DNA of 64,000 nucleotides from an uncultured bacterium. Lineage in GTDB: Bacteria; Patescibacteriota; Minisyncoccia; Phycocordibacterales; GCA-2401445. The notes beneath the pieces were generated by a model that had not been told where the DNA came from, made no database searches, and saw only the letters and a program-made list of their open reading frames with translations. Location: the NCBI GenBank assembly GCA_937952265.1, contig CALFYW010000016.1:398661-462660 (forward strand), read 5' to 3'. This document shows positions 1-8,855 of this stretch, piece by piece. A program made the position numbers and the translations under genes. Each line of letters starts with the position of its first letter. Position 1 is the stretch's first letter.

Positions 1-660
1 TTTATAATCTCCCGGGGTAACAATTGAACCAAACGGGGTTTCAATAATAATTCCCATTGAGTCAGGTATAGTATGGGTAACTGCAAAAAATCGAACAAAA
101 AGATTTCCAATAGGAATGCGAGCGTCTTTTTCAATCGTATGAATTTCCAATTGTTTCAAATGAGGGAATTCTGCCTGTCGTTTTTTTAACATGATTGCCG
201 TCAGGTTGCGGGTATAGATTGGAGGAAATCCGATCCGATCAATGATATAGGGCACTCCACCAATATGATCAAGGTGTCCGTGGGTAATAAATACTGCTTT
301 GATCTTTTCTTTTCTTTCTTCAAGGTAGGTAGTGTTGGGAAGGATATAGTCGATACCAGGAGTTTCTTCTTCTTTAAACTGGAATCCCATATCAATCACG
401 ATAATTTCATCTCGGTATTCTATGGCGGTCATATTTTTGCCGATTTCTTCAACTCCTCCAAGGGGAATAATCCGGATATTCTCTCCAGCAGGTGGAATTG
501 GAGTTGATTTTCTGGGTTCGAGATTTCGCTTGGAGGGAGCGAAGGGTTGTTGTCGTGGTCGCATCGAGCGATTTGTGCGACGGCGTCGCGTTGGGGAGCT
601 ACGACGATCTCCCGTTGCATGTCTTCGGTTTGTCTGCTGATGATGGGTGTGTGGTGTCAT
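1..660 (-). CDS. rnj: Ribonuclease J (metallo-beta-lactamase/beta-CASP family), N-terminal part. The gene continues off the left edge of the window.
   Basis: Minus-strand ATG at 660-658 opens a frame that runs in-frame to position 1. The translation contains FITHGHLDHIGGVPYII, the His-x-His-x-Asp-His motif of MBL-fold RNases. The N-terminus carries an Arg-rich ~45 aa extension. Confidence 0.7.
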   Translation of the reverse strand, partial: MTPHTHHQQTNRRHATGDRRSSPTRRRRTNRSMRPRQQPFAPSKRNLEPRKSTPIPPAGENIRIIPLGGVEEIGKNMTAIEYRDEIIVIDMGFQFKEEETPGIDYILPNTTYLEERKEKIKAVFITHGHLDHIGGVPYIIDRIGFPPIYTRNLTAIMLKKRQAEFPHLKQLEIHTIEKDARIPIGNLFVRFFAVTHTIPDSMGIIIETPFGSIVTPGDYK

Positions 661-710
661 GGTAATTATTTTTTTAACAAAATCTAATAGATACTATTTT
701 ATTTTTTTGA

Positions 711-2468
711 TTATTTTACAAAGATCTTCCAAACCTTCTCGGTATTGGTATACCATTCGTGAACATTGAGGAATCGTTCAGAGGGAATAGTAAGGTGTCC
801 GAGAGAAATGTTTTGGGTTCCTGGTGAGACAAGATAGATGAAATGGGGAACGTAGAGGAAGACCGCGGGCGTATCATTCTGTATTTCTTCGTTGAATTCT
901 TGGTATTTACGCGCGCGCGCTTCTGGATCAAAGGTGATACGGGCGTCTTCCAGGAGTTTGTCCGTGGTGATGTTGGCGTAGAGCGCGATATTAAGACCCG
1001 GATCATTTCGTTGTGAAGAATGCCAGAATGCGAAAAAATCAAGGTCTCTTCCAATGATTTCTCCAAAAAGGAGGGCGTCGTACCGCCGAGGTCTGATGAC
1101 ATTCTGATTGAGGTCGCTGGTATCAAAAACTTTTATCTCGACTGAAGCCCCGATAGCATCCCATGCTTCCTTGAGTATCGTGGCAACTGCTTTTAATTCA
1201 GGAACATTTGACGTTGAGAGCGAGAAGGACAGACGTAGCACTTCGCCACCTTTCTCCTTTTCGCGTATACCAGTCTCTGGATTAAGTTCCCACCCATTAT
1301 CCTCGAGTAGTTCAATTGCTTTTTCTGGATCGTACGCATGGTCACCGTTTTCTTCACCGTTAAGAAGCGCGAGAATACCCGGTGGTATTGGTTGGTTTAA
1401 TGGTTCGCCAAATCCTTTAAGCACTTCTTCCACAATATGTTCTCGGTCTACGGAAACCTCAAGCGCTTCCCGTACTGATTGGTCCGCAAAGAGAGGAGCT
1501 TGATTTTGATTGAAAAATACTCCAAAGATACGCGGAAGCGGGACGGTGATACCAACCGTATTTAGATTTTCTTCAATGAGGGTGACCGCATGTTCAGGGA
1601 GAATACTATTAATATGTGCTATTTTTTTATTCTGATATGCCTCAATCAATGCTTGCTCGTTAGTGTAGAAAGAGATATTCAGATTGCTGATATAGGGAGC
1701 CCCAAGCGCGTAGTCTTTAAATGAAGCGAGGGAGTAGGTATCTGGGACGCCAGACGCGTTTCTGCGAATTTTTTTTATTTTGTATGGACCTGATCCGATG
1801 GGTTCAATATTGTATTGGCTAAACTGAAATTCTTCAGCGCCGGCATTTTGCCAGATATGCTTGGGGAGAATACCGAGAGTGGCATTCTCGAGAAAAGGTG
1901 CGTAAGGTTGTGAGAGAAGAATGCGGACCACACGATCAGATATCTTCTCAGCAACGACCCCTTCCCAGTTAGCGCGTTTGGGGCTTCGGAGTGCCTGGTC
2001 TTGGGCGCGAGTGATCGTAAAGACGACATCATCAGCGGTTACTCGGCGTCCGTCATGAAAAACCACGTCATCGCGAAGGATAAAGGTATACGAGAGATGA
2101 TCTTCCGCAATAGTTACTGATTCTGCAATATCCGGAATGAGTCCTCCTTCAGGTGTCGCTTTCATTAATCCTGAATAAATAAGTTGGGTGAGGTCTCGAT
2201 CCGCGTCTGAAAGAGCAAGGAGTGGGTTAATAAAGCGCGGAGATCCAATGACGCCCTCAGTAACAGTTCCGCCTTTGACTGGAACCGCGACGCTGAAAAA
2301 GGTATTCACTTGTCCAACCAGCGCGAGCGCGCTTATTGAAAGACCTAAGAAAAACATGCCAAAAATAAGGCGTTCAGTAAACGAGAATGAAGCCACAATA
2401 GTGTTGATTTGTTTTGATTTTGGGATTGAATAGTGTTTCCCAAAAAGCTGCGCAATCTTTGCTTTCAC
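711..2468 (-). CDS. ABC transporter substrate-binding protein, family 5 (oligopeptide/dipeptide/nickel-binding, DppA/OppA-like), with an N-terminal membrane anchor.
   Basis: 585 aa ORF with an N-terminal hydrophobic segment and SBP_bac_5-like composition. No permease or ATPase partner lies within the window. Confidence 0.55.
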   Translation of the reverse strand: MKAKIAQLFGKHYSIPKSKQINTIVASFSFTERLIFGMFFLGLSISALALVGQVNTFFSVAVPVKGGTVTEGVIGSPRFINPLLALSDADRDLTQLIYSGLMKATPEGGLIPDIAESVTIAEDHLSYTFILRDDVVFHDGRRVTADDVVFTITRAQDQALRSPKRANWEGVVAEKISDRVVRILLSQPYAPFLENATLGILPKHIWQNAGAEEFQFSQYNIEPIGSGPYKIKKIRRNASGVPDTYSLASFKDYALGAPYISNLNISFYTNEQALIEAYQNKKIAHINSILPEHAVTLIEENLNTVGITVPLPRIFGVFFNQNQAPLFADQSVREALEVSVDREHIVEEVLKGFGEPLNQPIPPGILALLNGEENGDHAYDPEKAIELLEDNGWELNPETGIREKEKGGEVLRLSFSLSTSNVPELKAVATILKEAWDAIGASVEIKVFDTSDLNQNVIRPRRYDALLFGEIIGRDLDFFAFWHSSQRNDPGLNIALYANITTDKLLEDARITFDPEARARKYQEFNEEIQNDTPAVFLYVPHFIYLVSPGTQNISLGHLTIPSERFLNVHEWYTNTEKVWKIFVK

Positions 2469-2562
2469 AGTAGTCGAGGTGTATCGCGGTGAAAATGGAG
2501 CCTGCTCCGTATCACGGCGGTTTTTGTTATATGATTAATTTTGATTTTTCTTTTGGAGGTTT

Positions 2563-2838
2563 TTAGAGAATAAGTGCGAGAAAAGCCGATAGTGCGAAAA
2601 GTACGCCAAGAATAATAGTGACATTAAATAATGTTTTTTCAAGCCCTCGTCTGGTTGCGGGAGCTCCGCTACCATCACTTCCGCCAAATGCGCCACCGGC
2701 ACCGGTTCCTGTCTGCTGCAACAATATGGTCGTAATAATAAGAAGTGAGAGGATAATTTGTACGTACGGAAGTATCCCGCGAACAATCTCCATTGGAGGA
2801 ATAATAGCACGGGAATAAGATAATGCAAATCTTGACAT
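2563..2838 (-). CDS. secG: Preprotein translocase subunit SecG.
   Basis: Two TM helices flank the Gly-rich LLQQTGTGAGGAFGGSDGSG loop typical of SecG. Start chosen at the internal Met (MSRF...); the Met at 2793 is an alternative start. Confidence 0.6.
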   Translation of the reverse strand: MSRFALSYSRAIIPPMEIVRGILPYVQIILSLLIITTILLQQTGTGAGGAFGGSDGSGAPATRRGLEKTLFNVTIILGVLFALSAFLALIL

Positions 2839-2966
2839 ATTTTCTATACTTTTATCCTCTAAAATCTCATTTCCAGAAATGTGGTAGCGTGGAATGCGCC
2901 ACCATTGTTTTGTGCTCAATACCTATCTCTAGCCCAAATGAGGAGGTTTTTATGGATACAATCGTA

Positions 2967-2994
2967 TTGACATTTTCAATTTACTTAGTACAAT
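2967..2994 (+). promoter_or_regulatory. Sigma70-like promoter candidate for groES-groEL (TTGACA-16 nt-TACAAT).
   Basis: TTGACA at 2967-2972, a 16-nt spacer, TACAAT at 2989-2994, ~45 nt upstream of the groES ATG. No CIRCE inverted repeat was found. Confidence 0.35.
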
Positions 2995-3037
2995 ACCACA
3001 CACAACGTAGCATTATCAGCCTTAAAAAGTTTAGCGT

Positions 3038-3418
3038 ATGGCTATCAAAAGAAAAAAGACAGTGATGAAAAAGAAGAAATCAGCACCTTCTAAGAAAAGT
3101 GGGATATCTCATGCCCAACCCGCACGAAAAGGAGTTATTCCTCTTGGAGACCGGATTCTTATTGAAGAAATAAAAAAGGAAGAGAGTGAGAAGCGTGTTG
3201 CGGGTATTATCATTCCTGCAACCGTAAAAGAGGATCGCGAAACAAAGCGAGGGCGAGTGGTCGCGGTTGGCGAAGGGAAGGTGGTTGATGGTACTCGTGT
3301 TCCCGTAGAAGTTATGCGTGGAGACACAGTGCTCTTTCAGTGGGGAGACCAGTTGGTGATTGATGATAAAGAGTATTATATTGTCAGCGAATCAAGTATT
3401 TTAGCAGTCATTAGGTAA
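3038..3418 (+). CDS. groES: Co-chaperonin GroES with a Lys-rich ~30 aa N-terminal extension.
   Basis: Core GVIPLGDRILIEE...VAVGEGK...GDTVLF is canonical GroES. It lies directly upstream of groEL. Confidence 0.85.
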   Translation: MAIKRKKTVMKKKKSAPSKKSGISHAQPARKGVIPLGDRILIEEIKKEESEKRVAGIIIPATVKEDRETKRGRVVAVGEGKVVDGTRVPVEVMRGDTVLFQWGDQLVIDDKEYYIVSESSILAVIR

Positions 3419-3437
3419 CATTTTGATGTTTTAAGAT

Positions 3438-5078
3438 ATGAGTAAACAAATCTATTACAATGAAGAAGCTCGGAAAGCGCTTAAGCGGGGTATTGATGCG
3501 GTAGCGCATGCCGTAAAGGTAACCATCGGACCTCGTGGGCGTAATGTGGTACTAGATAAAGGCTATGGTGCCCCTACAATTACCAATGATGGCGTTTCTA
3601 TCGCAAAAGATATCTCGCTCAAGGATAAGTTTGAAAATATGGGGGCTGAGATTATTAAGGAGGTTGCAAATAAGACGAACGATACTGCAGGAGACGGAAC
3701 AACGACCTCAGTAATCTTAACGCAAGCGATGGTTGTAGAAGGATTGCGACACACAACCATGGGAGTTAATGCCATGGGAATTCGTCTTGGTATCGAAAAA
3801 GCAGCTTTGGCAGTAGTTGATGCTTTGAAGAAAATTGCAAAGCCAATGAAAGGCAAAGATGAGATAAAACATGTTGCCACTATTTCTGCGGAATCAGAGT
3901 CTATCGGATCAATTATTGCAGAGACGATTGAGAAGGTTGGTAAAGATGGAGTTGTGACGGTTGAAGAATCGCAGTCATTTGGCGTTGAGTCTGAGGTAGT
4001 AGAAGGACTTGAATTTGATAAAGGATATGTCTCACCGTATATGATTACCGATGGTGAGCGCATGGAGGCTGTATATAAAGATGTAGCGATCCTTATTACC
4101 GATAAAAAAGTTTCAGTAATTAAGGAAGTACTTCCTCTTCTTGAGAAACTTGCGCAAAGTGGAAAGAAAGAATTGGTAATTATTGCGGAGGATGTTGATG
4201 GAGAAGCACTAACGACCTTTGTGCTCAATAAGCTTCGAGGCGCATTCCATGTATTAGCTGTTAAAGCTCCAGGATATGGTGATCGCAAGAAAGAATTGCT
4301 TCAGGATATTGCGGTAACCGTTGGCGCAAAAGTGGTATCTGAGGACCTTGGATTAAAACTAGAGACCGCTGACGTGGATGTGCTTGGAAAAGCAATGAAG
4401 ATTGTCTCAAGTAAAGATAATACCGTTATCGTCGGCGGTAAGGGACAAAAAGCCGCGATTGATGAGCGGGTTAAACAGTTAAAGAAGCAAAAAGAGCAAA
4501 GTGACTCGAAATTTGATCGTGAAAAATTTGAAGAGCGAATCGCAAAACTTTCAGGTGGTGTCGCCGTGATTCGAGTTGGGGCTGCGACTGAAACTGAAAT
4601 GAAATATCTTAAATTGAAAATTGAGGATGCAGTAAACGCAACCAAAGCCGCGATCGAAGAAGGCATTGTTCCTGGTGGCGGTAGTGCTTTGATTCGTGCA
4701 GCACACAAGGTTTCAAGTGCATCAGGAGCTTCTCGAAGTCGAGAAGAAGAGGTTGGGTTTGAAATTGTGCTTAAAGCACTCGAAGCCCCACTACGCCAAA
4801 TTGCCGTGAATGCTGGCAAGGATGATGGCTCAGTGATTGTCGAAAAGGTGAAAGAGCTCGGAGATAATGGTGGCTATGATGCAAACAAGGATGTATTAGT
4901 CGATGATATGCTTAAAGAAGGTATTATTGATCCGGTAAAAGTAACTCGCAGTTCTGTTGAAAACGCTGCTTCTGCTGCCGCAATGCTACTTACTACCGAG
5001 GTCGCTATTACGGATGAACCAAAAGAAGAGAAGGATACCCCACCGGTTCCAGGTGGCGGTATGGGTATGGACTACTAA
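3438..5078 (+). CDS. groEL: Chaperonin GroEL (Hsp60).
   Basis: 546 aa with AGDGTTT and GGGSALI motifs and a C-terminal GGGMGMDY tail. Confidence 0.95.
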   Translation: MSKQIYYNEEARKALKRGIDAVAHAVKVTIGPRGRNVVLDKGYGAPTITNDGVSIAKDISLKDKFENMGAEIIKEVANKTNDTAGDGTTTSVILTQAMVVEGLRHTTMGVNAMGIRLGIEKAALAVVDALKKIAKPMKGKDEIKHVATISAESESIGSIIAETIEKVGKDGVVTVEESQSFGVESEVVEGLEFDKGYVSPYMITDGERMEAVYKDVAILITDKKVSVIKEVLPLLEKLAQSGKKELVIIAEDVDGEALTTFVLNKLRGAFHVLAVKAPGYGDRKKELLQDIAVTVGAKVVSEDLGLKLETADVDVLGKAMKIVSSKDNTVIVGGKGQKAAIDERVKQLKKQKEQSDSKFDREKFEERIAKLSGGVAVIRVGAATETEMKYLKLKIEDAVNATKAAIEEGIVPGGGSALIRAAHKVSSASGASRSREEEVGFEIVLKALEAPLRQIAVNAGKDDGSVIVEKVKELGDNGGYDANKDVLVDDMLKEGIIDPVKVTRSSVENAASAAAMLLTTEVAITDEPKEEKDTPPVPGGGMGMDY

Positions 5079-5105
5079 TAATTTACTTTGGTTAGAATGT
5101 GGAAA

Positions 5106-5144
5106 ATAAAAACCCCTAGCTGAGAAACTCAGTTAGGGGTTTTG
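5106..5144. terminator. Bidirectional rho-independent terminator between convergent groEL and the minus-strand gene.
   Basis: A-run, then a 12-bp stem (cccctagctgag / ctcagttagggg, one G-U wobble) with an AAA loop, then a T-run. Confidence 0.6.
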
Positions 5145-5158
5145 CTTACCACTCACTA

Positions 5159-5611
5159 CTATTCAAGTGAGTATGTTCGATTGGTAGGTGCCAGGAAAGG
5201 GATTTCATTGATACGCACTGCCCGAGCCTTTGCGTACCCCCGTTGTGCCAGCTCTTCCGCTGAATTTTCAGCGTAAGTGATGATTCGGATACGGGATGGG
5301 TCTGAGGTGAGCGGTTGTATCGTAGCGGCAAAAAAGTATCCGTTGGTACGAAACCCGTGATCTCTTGTTGCTCTGGCAGTGAGCGTAACTGCTTCAAGGG
5401 AGTGGTTTTTCGATCCTGCGAGATCAGAGAAACTTCTCTCCAGGTGAATCAGTCCGTCGAGAATTTTTGCTTGATCAGAGGCAAATTCCGAACTGATGAT
5501 AGCGGTTCGGTTTATTTGGGGCTCCAGTGCTCTGTGATGTTCTTTTCTGAACACCATTGCTCCAATGGTGAGTACACATACGGTATAAGGCACGAGAAAA
5601 GATCTTGTCAT
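5159..5611 (-). CDS. Hypothetical membrane-anchored protein.
   Basis: 150 aa ORF with an N-terminal TM helix, convergent with groEL, sharing the bidirectional terminator. Confidence 0.4.
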   Translation of the reverse strand: MTRSFLVPYTVCVLTIGAMVFRKEHHRALEPQINRTAIISSEFASDQAKILDGLIHLERSFSDLAGSKNHSLEAVTLTARATRDHGFRTNGYFFAATIQPLTSDPSRIRIITYAENSAEELAQRGYAKARAVRINEIPFLAPTNRTYSLE

Positions 5612-5656
5612 AAAAATTCCTTTCGTCTAGTCTGGATTGTACCGAGATCTCCATCT

Positions 5657-5685
5657 TTGTCAAACAAAAAAGTTCGTGGTAAAAT
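5657..5685 (+). promoter_or_regulatory. Promoter candidate for lemA-htpX (TTGTCA-17-TAAAAT).
   Basis: Spacing and hexamers read directly from the sequence upstream of 5721. Confidence 0.3.
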
Positions 5686-5720
5686 ATACCCGCTTATTAG
5701 CCTAATCATTTGCTATTTCT

Positions 5721-6281
5721 ATGAGCATAGTTTTATACATTGTTTTAGGTGTTGCGGTGGTCGGAGTATTTTGGATCATTGCGGCATATAACGGATTTGT
5801 GCGATTAGTTAATCGTTCAAAAGAAGCATGGGCAGATATTGATGTTCAGCTTAAGCGCCGATATGACCTCATTCCCAATCTGGTGAATACAGTTAAAGGG
5901 TATGCAGCACATGAAGCAGGGACATTCGAGAAGGTCACTGAAGCACGCACGCGCGCAATGCAGGCAGGAAATGTACATGATAAAGAACAAGCGGAGAATA
6001 TGCTCACGGGAGCGTTGAAATCACTATTTGCGGTTGCGGAAAGCTACCCAGATCTTAAGGCAAATCAGAATTTTTTGGAGCTCCAGCGCGAGCTTTCTGA
6101 CACTGAAAATAAGATCCAAGCTGCCCGCCGTTTTTACAATGGCAATGTGAGAGACCTCAATACTAAGATTGAGACTTTCCCCTCAAATATTGTTGCTGGA
6201 ATGTTTCGCTTTGATAAACGTGACTTTTTCGAACTTGAAGAAGGTGGGGAAGCACGTGAAGCAGTTCAGGTTAACTTCTAA
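5721..6281 (+). CDS. lemA: LemA family protein.
   Basis: N-terminal TM followed by the AAYNGFV...IPNLVNTVKGYAAHE...RRFYNGNVRDLN pattern characteristic of LemA. Classic LemA-HtpX pairing. Confidence 0.8.
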   Translation: MSIVLYIVLGVAVVGVFWIIAAYNGFVRLVNRSKEAWADIDVQLKRRYDLIPNLVNTVKGYAAHEAGTFEKVTEARTRAMQAGNVHDKEQAENMLTGALKSLFAVAESYPDLKANQNFLELQRELSDTENKIQAARRFYNGNVRDLNTKIETFPSNIVAGMFRFDKRDFFELEEGGEAREAVQVNF

Positions 6282-6308
6282 GCTTCTCTTCGGTGGTAGA
6301 GACTTTAT

Positions 6309-7217
6309 ATGGCAACTTTATACACCCACCAAGATCAAAATATTCGGAAAACATGGGTACTCATGACGCTTTTCCTCGTGAGCGTGATTGGGATTGGGTG
6401 GGCATTTAGCTTTGTGCTCGACAATGTATTCATTCTTTATGTCGCCGTGGCGGTGAGTATCCTCATGAACATATGGAGTTATTGGTATTCGGACAAGATT
6501 GTCTTAGCAATTGCCGGAGGAAAGCAGGTAAGTCGCGAGGCATATCCTGATCTTTGGAATATCACGGAGAATCTCGCAATTACTGCTGGTCTGCCAATGC
6601 CCAAGCTCTATCTTATTCATGATGACGCACCTAACGCGTTTGCAACCGGAAGAGACAAAACGCATGCGGCAGTCGCGGTTACAACAGGGCTTCTCTCAAT
6701 GCTTGATCGTAGCGAGATTGAGGGGGTGATTGCGCACGAACTCGCCCATATTGGTAATCGAGACATTTTATTAACCACTATCGTGGTAATTTTGGTCGGG
6801 TTTGTAACCTTGCTGTCAGATTTCTTCCTACGCATGACTTTTTATGGACATGGCGGTGGACGTGATCGTGACGGGAGAGTACAGATGATTCTACTGCTTA
6901 TTGGCATTGTGCTCGCGATTGTGGCTCCACTCGTAGCGATGGTTATACAACTTGCGATTTCAAGAAAACGTGAATTCTTGGCTGATGCGAGCGGCGCGCT
7001 ATTAACTCGCTATCCCGAAGGTTTAGCACGCGCGCTTGAGAAGATCTTTTCATATACTCAAGACTTGAAGCGCGCGAATCATGCAACCGCGCATCTCTAT
7101 ATTGCGAACCCTTTTAATTCGCAAAAAAGTCGCCGAGGATTTTTTACGAAACTTTTTATGACGCATCCTCCGGTTGAAGAGCGGATTGCCGCGCTTCGCG
7201 GCAGGAGAGAGGTATAA
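6309..7217 (+). CDS. htpX: Zinc metalloprotease HtpX (peptidase M48).
   Basis: HELAH zinc motif, four TM segments and a C-terminal THPPVEERI tail. Confidence 0.85.
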   Translation: MATLYTHQDQNIRKTWVLMTLFLVSVIGIGWAFSFVLDNVFILYVAVAVSILMNIWSYWYSDKIVLAIAGGKQVSREAYPDLWNITENLAITAGLPMPKLYLIHDDAPNAFATGRDKTHAAVAVTTGLLSMLDRSEIEGVIAHELAHIGNRDILLTTIVVILVGFVTLLSDFFLRMTFYGHGGGRDRDGRVQMILLLIGIVLAIVAPLVAMVIQLAISRKREFLADASGALLTRYPEGLARALEKIFSYTQDLKRANHATAHLYIANPFNSQKSRRGFFTKLFMTHPPVEERIAALRGRREV

Positions 7218-7227
7218 GAGTTATCAC

Positions 7228-7312
7228 GGAGGGTTCGCATAGTGGTCGAGTGCGCTCGCTTGGAGAGCGAGTAAGGGTTACACCTTCGAGGGTTCGAATC
7301 CCTCACCCTCCG
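7228..7312 (+). tRNA. tRNA-Ser (anticodon GGA), class II tRNA with a long variable arm.
   Basis: The 7-bp acceptor stem GGAGGGT pairs with ACCCTCC. The anticodon stem-loop is CTCGC-TTGGAGA-GCGAG, followed by a 16-nt variable arm and a GGTTCGAATCC T-loop. Confidence 0.8.
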
Positions 7313-7316
7313 CAAA

Positions 7317-8295
7317 TCGTAACTTCGCGTTCTGACAGTGCGGTCGCGCGCCGTGATGGGCGCACGGCGCGCGACAATTTTCCTCGCCGCTTCGCGGCGA
7401 AATGGCTCGGCGGGGTGAATTCAAAAAGAGCGGATTTGTCACGAACCCGAGGGTTCGTTCCGATTTTTTGGACGAACGACTTTATTTCATGTAGATTGTC
7501 CGACTTCGCCAAAAAATCGGCCTGTTTCGTCTAAAATCCATGCCTGCAGGGGTTCGACTTTTGAACGCGGCGAACAAAGCAACCTACGCCAACAAGGAAG
7601 CGCCGAAAGTCGCGCCCTCCCGCCTCAAATCCGAGGACTATCATTTTGAACAGGACGGCTTGATATATCACGATACCTATTTTGGCGGGCGCGACTTTAT
7701 CGGCGGAGAAATCGTATATGAAAGCGAAAAGCCGGTCTGGGGTGCAAATTATTTCGGCTTCGTGCTAGACGAAAATATTAGCGAGAAAGATGTATACGAT
7801 TTTTTGCGTAGTGCGCTTATGCAGGAATATGACGATGTTATTCCCGTGCGCGCACTGGGTGGGAGGGGCAAGCACAATACCAATTTTGTATCTTGCCATT
7901 CATTCTTGATAAAATGGTATGGCAAGATTCTTTTTTTGGAGCCGCATTTTTTCGCCGAAACGCATTCAAGCGAGGGCGCGGCGGGAGGAGGGGGATGGGG
8001 GGAGGAATCCCGCCGCGCCCGAGCTTCCCGCCGGAGCGAAGCGGAGGCGGGTCAGTTCCCTTCAAAAAAGGTTCGTGCAAAGTGTAATATTTCACCGCAA
8101 TGATTCACGAAGGACAGCCTTGAGGCTGTCCGAGTGAAGCATCATTGCGAGACGGGCAAGGAGATGAGAAAGACGGAGCGAATACCGAGCCAGCAGGCGA
8201 GGTCGCGAGTCGGGGTCGCAGAAATTTCCGAGTGACGACGAGGAAATTATCAGTGACCGAATCCCTGCCGGCAGGCAAGCTTCACCCTCCGCAAA
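7317..8295. mobile_element. Putative remnant of a tRNA-Ser-integrated element: a ~1 kb GC-rich islet bounded by the tRNA 3' end and a partial downstream copy of it.
   Basis: The tRNA T-arm/acceptor segment 7295-7316 (CGAATCCCT...CACCCTCCGCAAA) recurs at 8257-8295. The downstream copy has a 16-nt insertion, and the distal 14-mer TCACCCTCCGCAAA is identical. The enclosed DNA is visibly more GC-rich than its flanks. No integrase is present. Confidence 0.4.
7540..8103 (+). pseudogene. Decayed DUF5680-like gene. The N-terminal ~130 aa look protein-like; the C-terminus dissolves into GC-rich low-complexity sequence.
   Basis: The N-terminal segment resembles DUF5680-family proteins from memory. After ~aa 130 the frame reads SSEGAAGGGGWGEESRRARASRRSEAEAG, which is not protein-like. 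Confidence 0.3.
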
Positions 8296-8425
8296 ATAAT
8301 GAAGCGAAATATATTTTGCGAGACGTTAGTCTTAAACAATTCGTTCTTGACCCCAAAGACGCTAAGCGCGGGGGTTGAGGAAATGATCGAAAGTAAATCA
8401 CAGGTTATTAATAATCAACAAATTT

Positions 8426-8845
8426 ATGAATAACATGATCACCATTCAGACAACCGTCAAAGCTCCTATTGAAAAGGTGTGGGAGTGTTGGACAAAGCCC
8501 GATCACATTTCCATGTGGGCGGCGAGTGGCGATTGGGAAGCAATCGCTAAAAGCAATGACTTACGCGTTGGCGGTACGTTTAACACGCGCATGCAAGCAA
8601 AAGACGGCAGTGCCGGCTTTGATTTTATTGGCGAGTACACCGCTGTTGTTCCTCATGAGCGTATCGAGTACACCATGGATGATGGTCGTAAGGTAAAGGT
8701 GGTGTTTGAGACAGAGTCAAAAGGAGTAAAAATTGTTGAAAGTTTTGAAGCTGAGAAAGAGAATTCAGAAAAGGTACAAAGAGATGGTTGGCAAGGGATA
8801 CTTGATAGTTTTAAGACGTATGCTGAAAAGGCAATTAAAAAATAA
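8426..8845 (+). CDS. SRPBCC-superfamily protein (AHSA1/Aha1-like, activator of Hsp90 ATPase homolog domain).
   Basis: 139 aa with the typical N-terminal I-T-V-APxEKVWECWTKPDHISMW AHSA1-domain pattern. Confidence 0.65.
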   Translation: MNNMITIQTTVKAPIEKVWECWTKPDHISMWAASGDWEAIAKSNDLRVGGTFNTRMQAKDGSAGFDFIGEYTAVVPHERIEYTMDDGRKVKVVFETESKGVKIVESFEAEKENSEKVQRDGWQGILDSFKTYAEKAIKK

Positions 8846-8855
8846 GTAACAATAT

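Noticed and set aside
2880-3037. CIRCE/HrcA operator upstream of groES
   Set aside because: I looked for TTAGCACTC-N9-GAGTGCTAA and found only a weak half-site-like TTAGCGTAT. A plain sigma70-like promoter is present instead.
3563-4819. Long minus-strand ORFs (3563..4288, 4301..4819) antisense to groEL
   Set aside because: They lie entirely inside the highly conserved groEL coding sequence. They have Ser/Thr/Ala-rich low-complexity translations typical of antisense frames of GC-skewed genes, and no SD.
5315-5791. 158-aa + strand ORF spanning the minus-strand gene and the lemA start
   Set aside because: It crosses a divergent promoter region and overlaps two better-supported genes. It has Cys/Ser-rich atypical composition.
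7097-7534. ORFs 7097..7315(-), 7250..7534(+), 7303..7512(-) overlapping tRNA-Ser and the GC-rich segment
   Set aside because: They overlap a confident tRNA and each other. The Arg/Ala-rich translations are what random GC-rich DNA gives, with no start-site support.
7893-8378. ORFs 7893..8087, 7919..8137, 7838..8095(-), 8145..8378 in the GC-rich islet
   Set aside because: They are mutually overlapping frames over poly-G/C-rich low-complexity sequence (GGGGWGEE..., RRGMGGG...). They are better explained as decayed or non-coding DNA of the putative integrated remnant.
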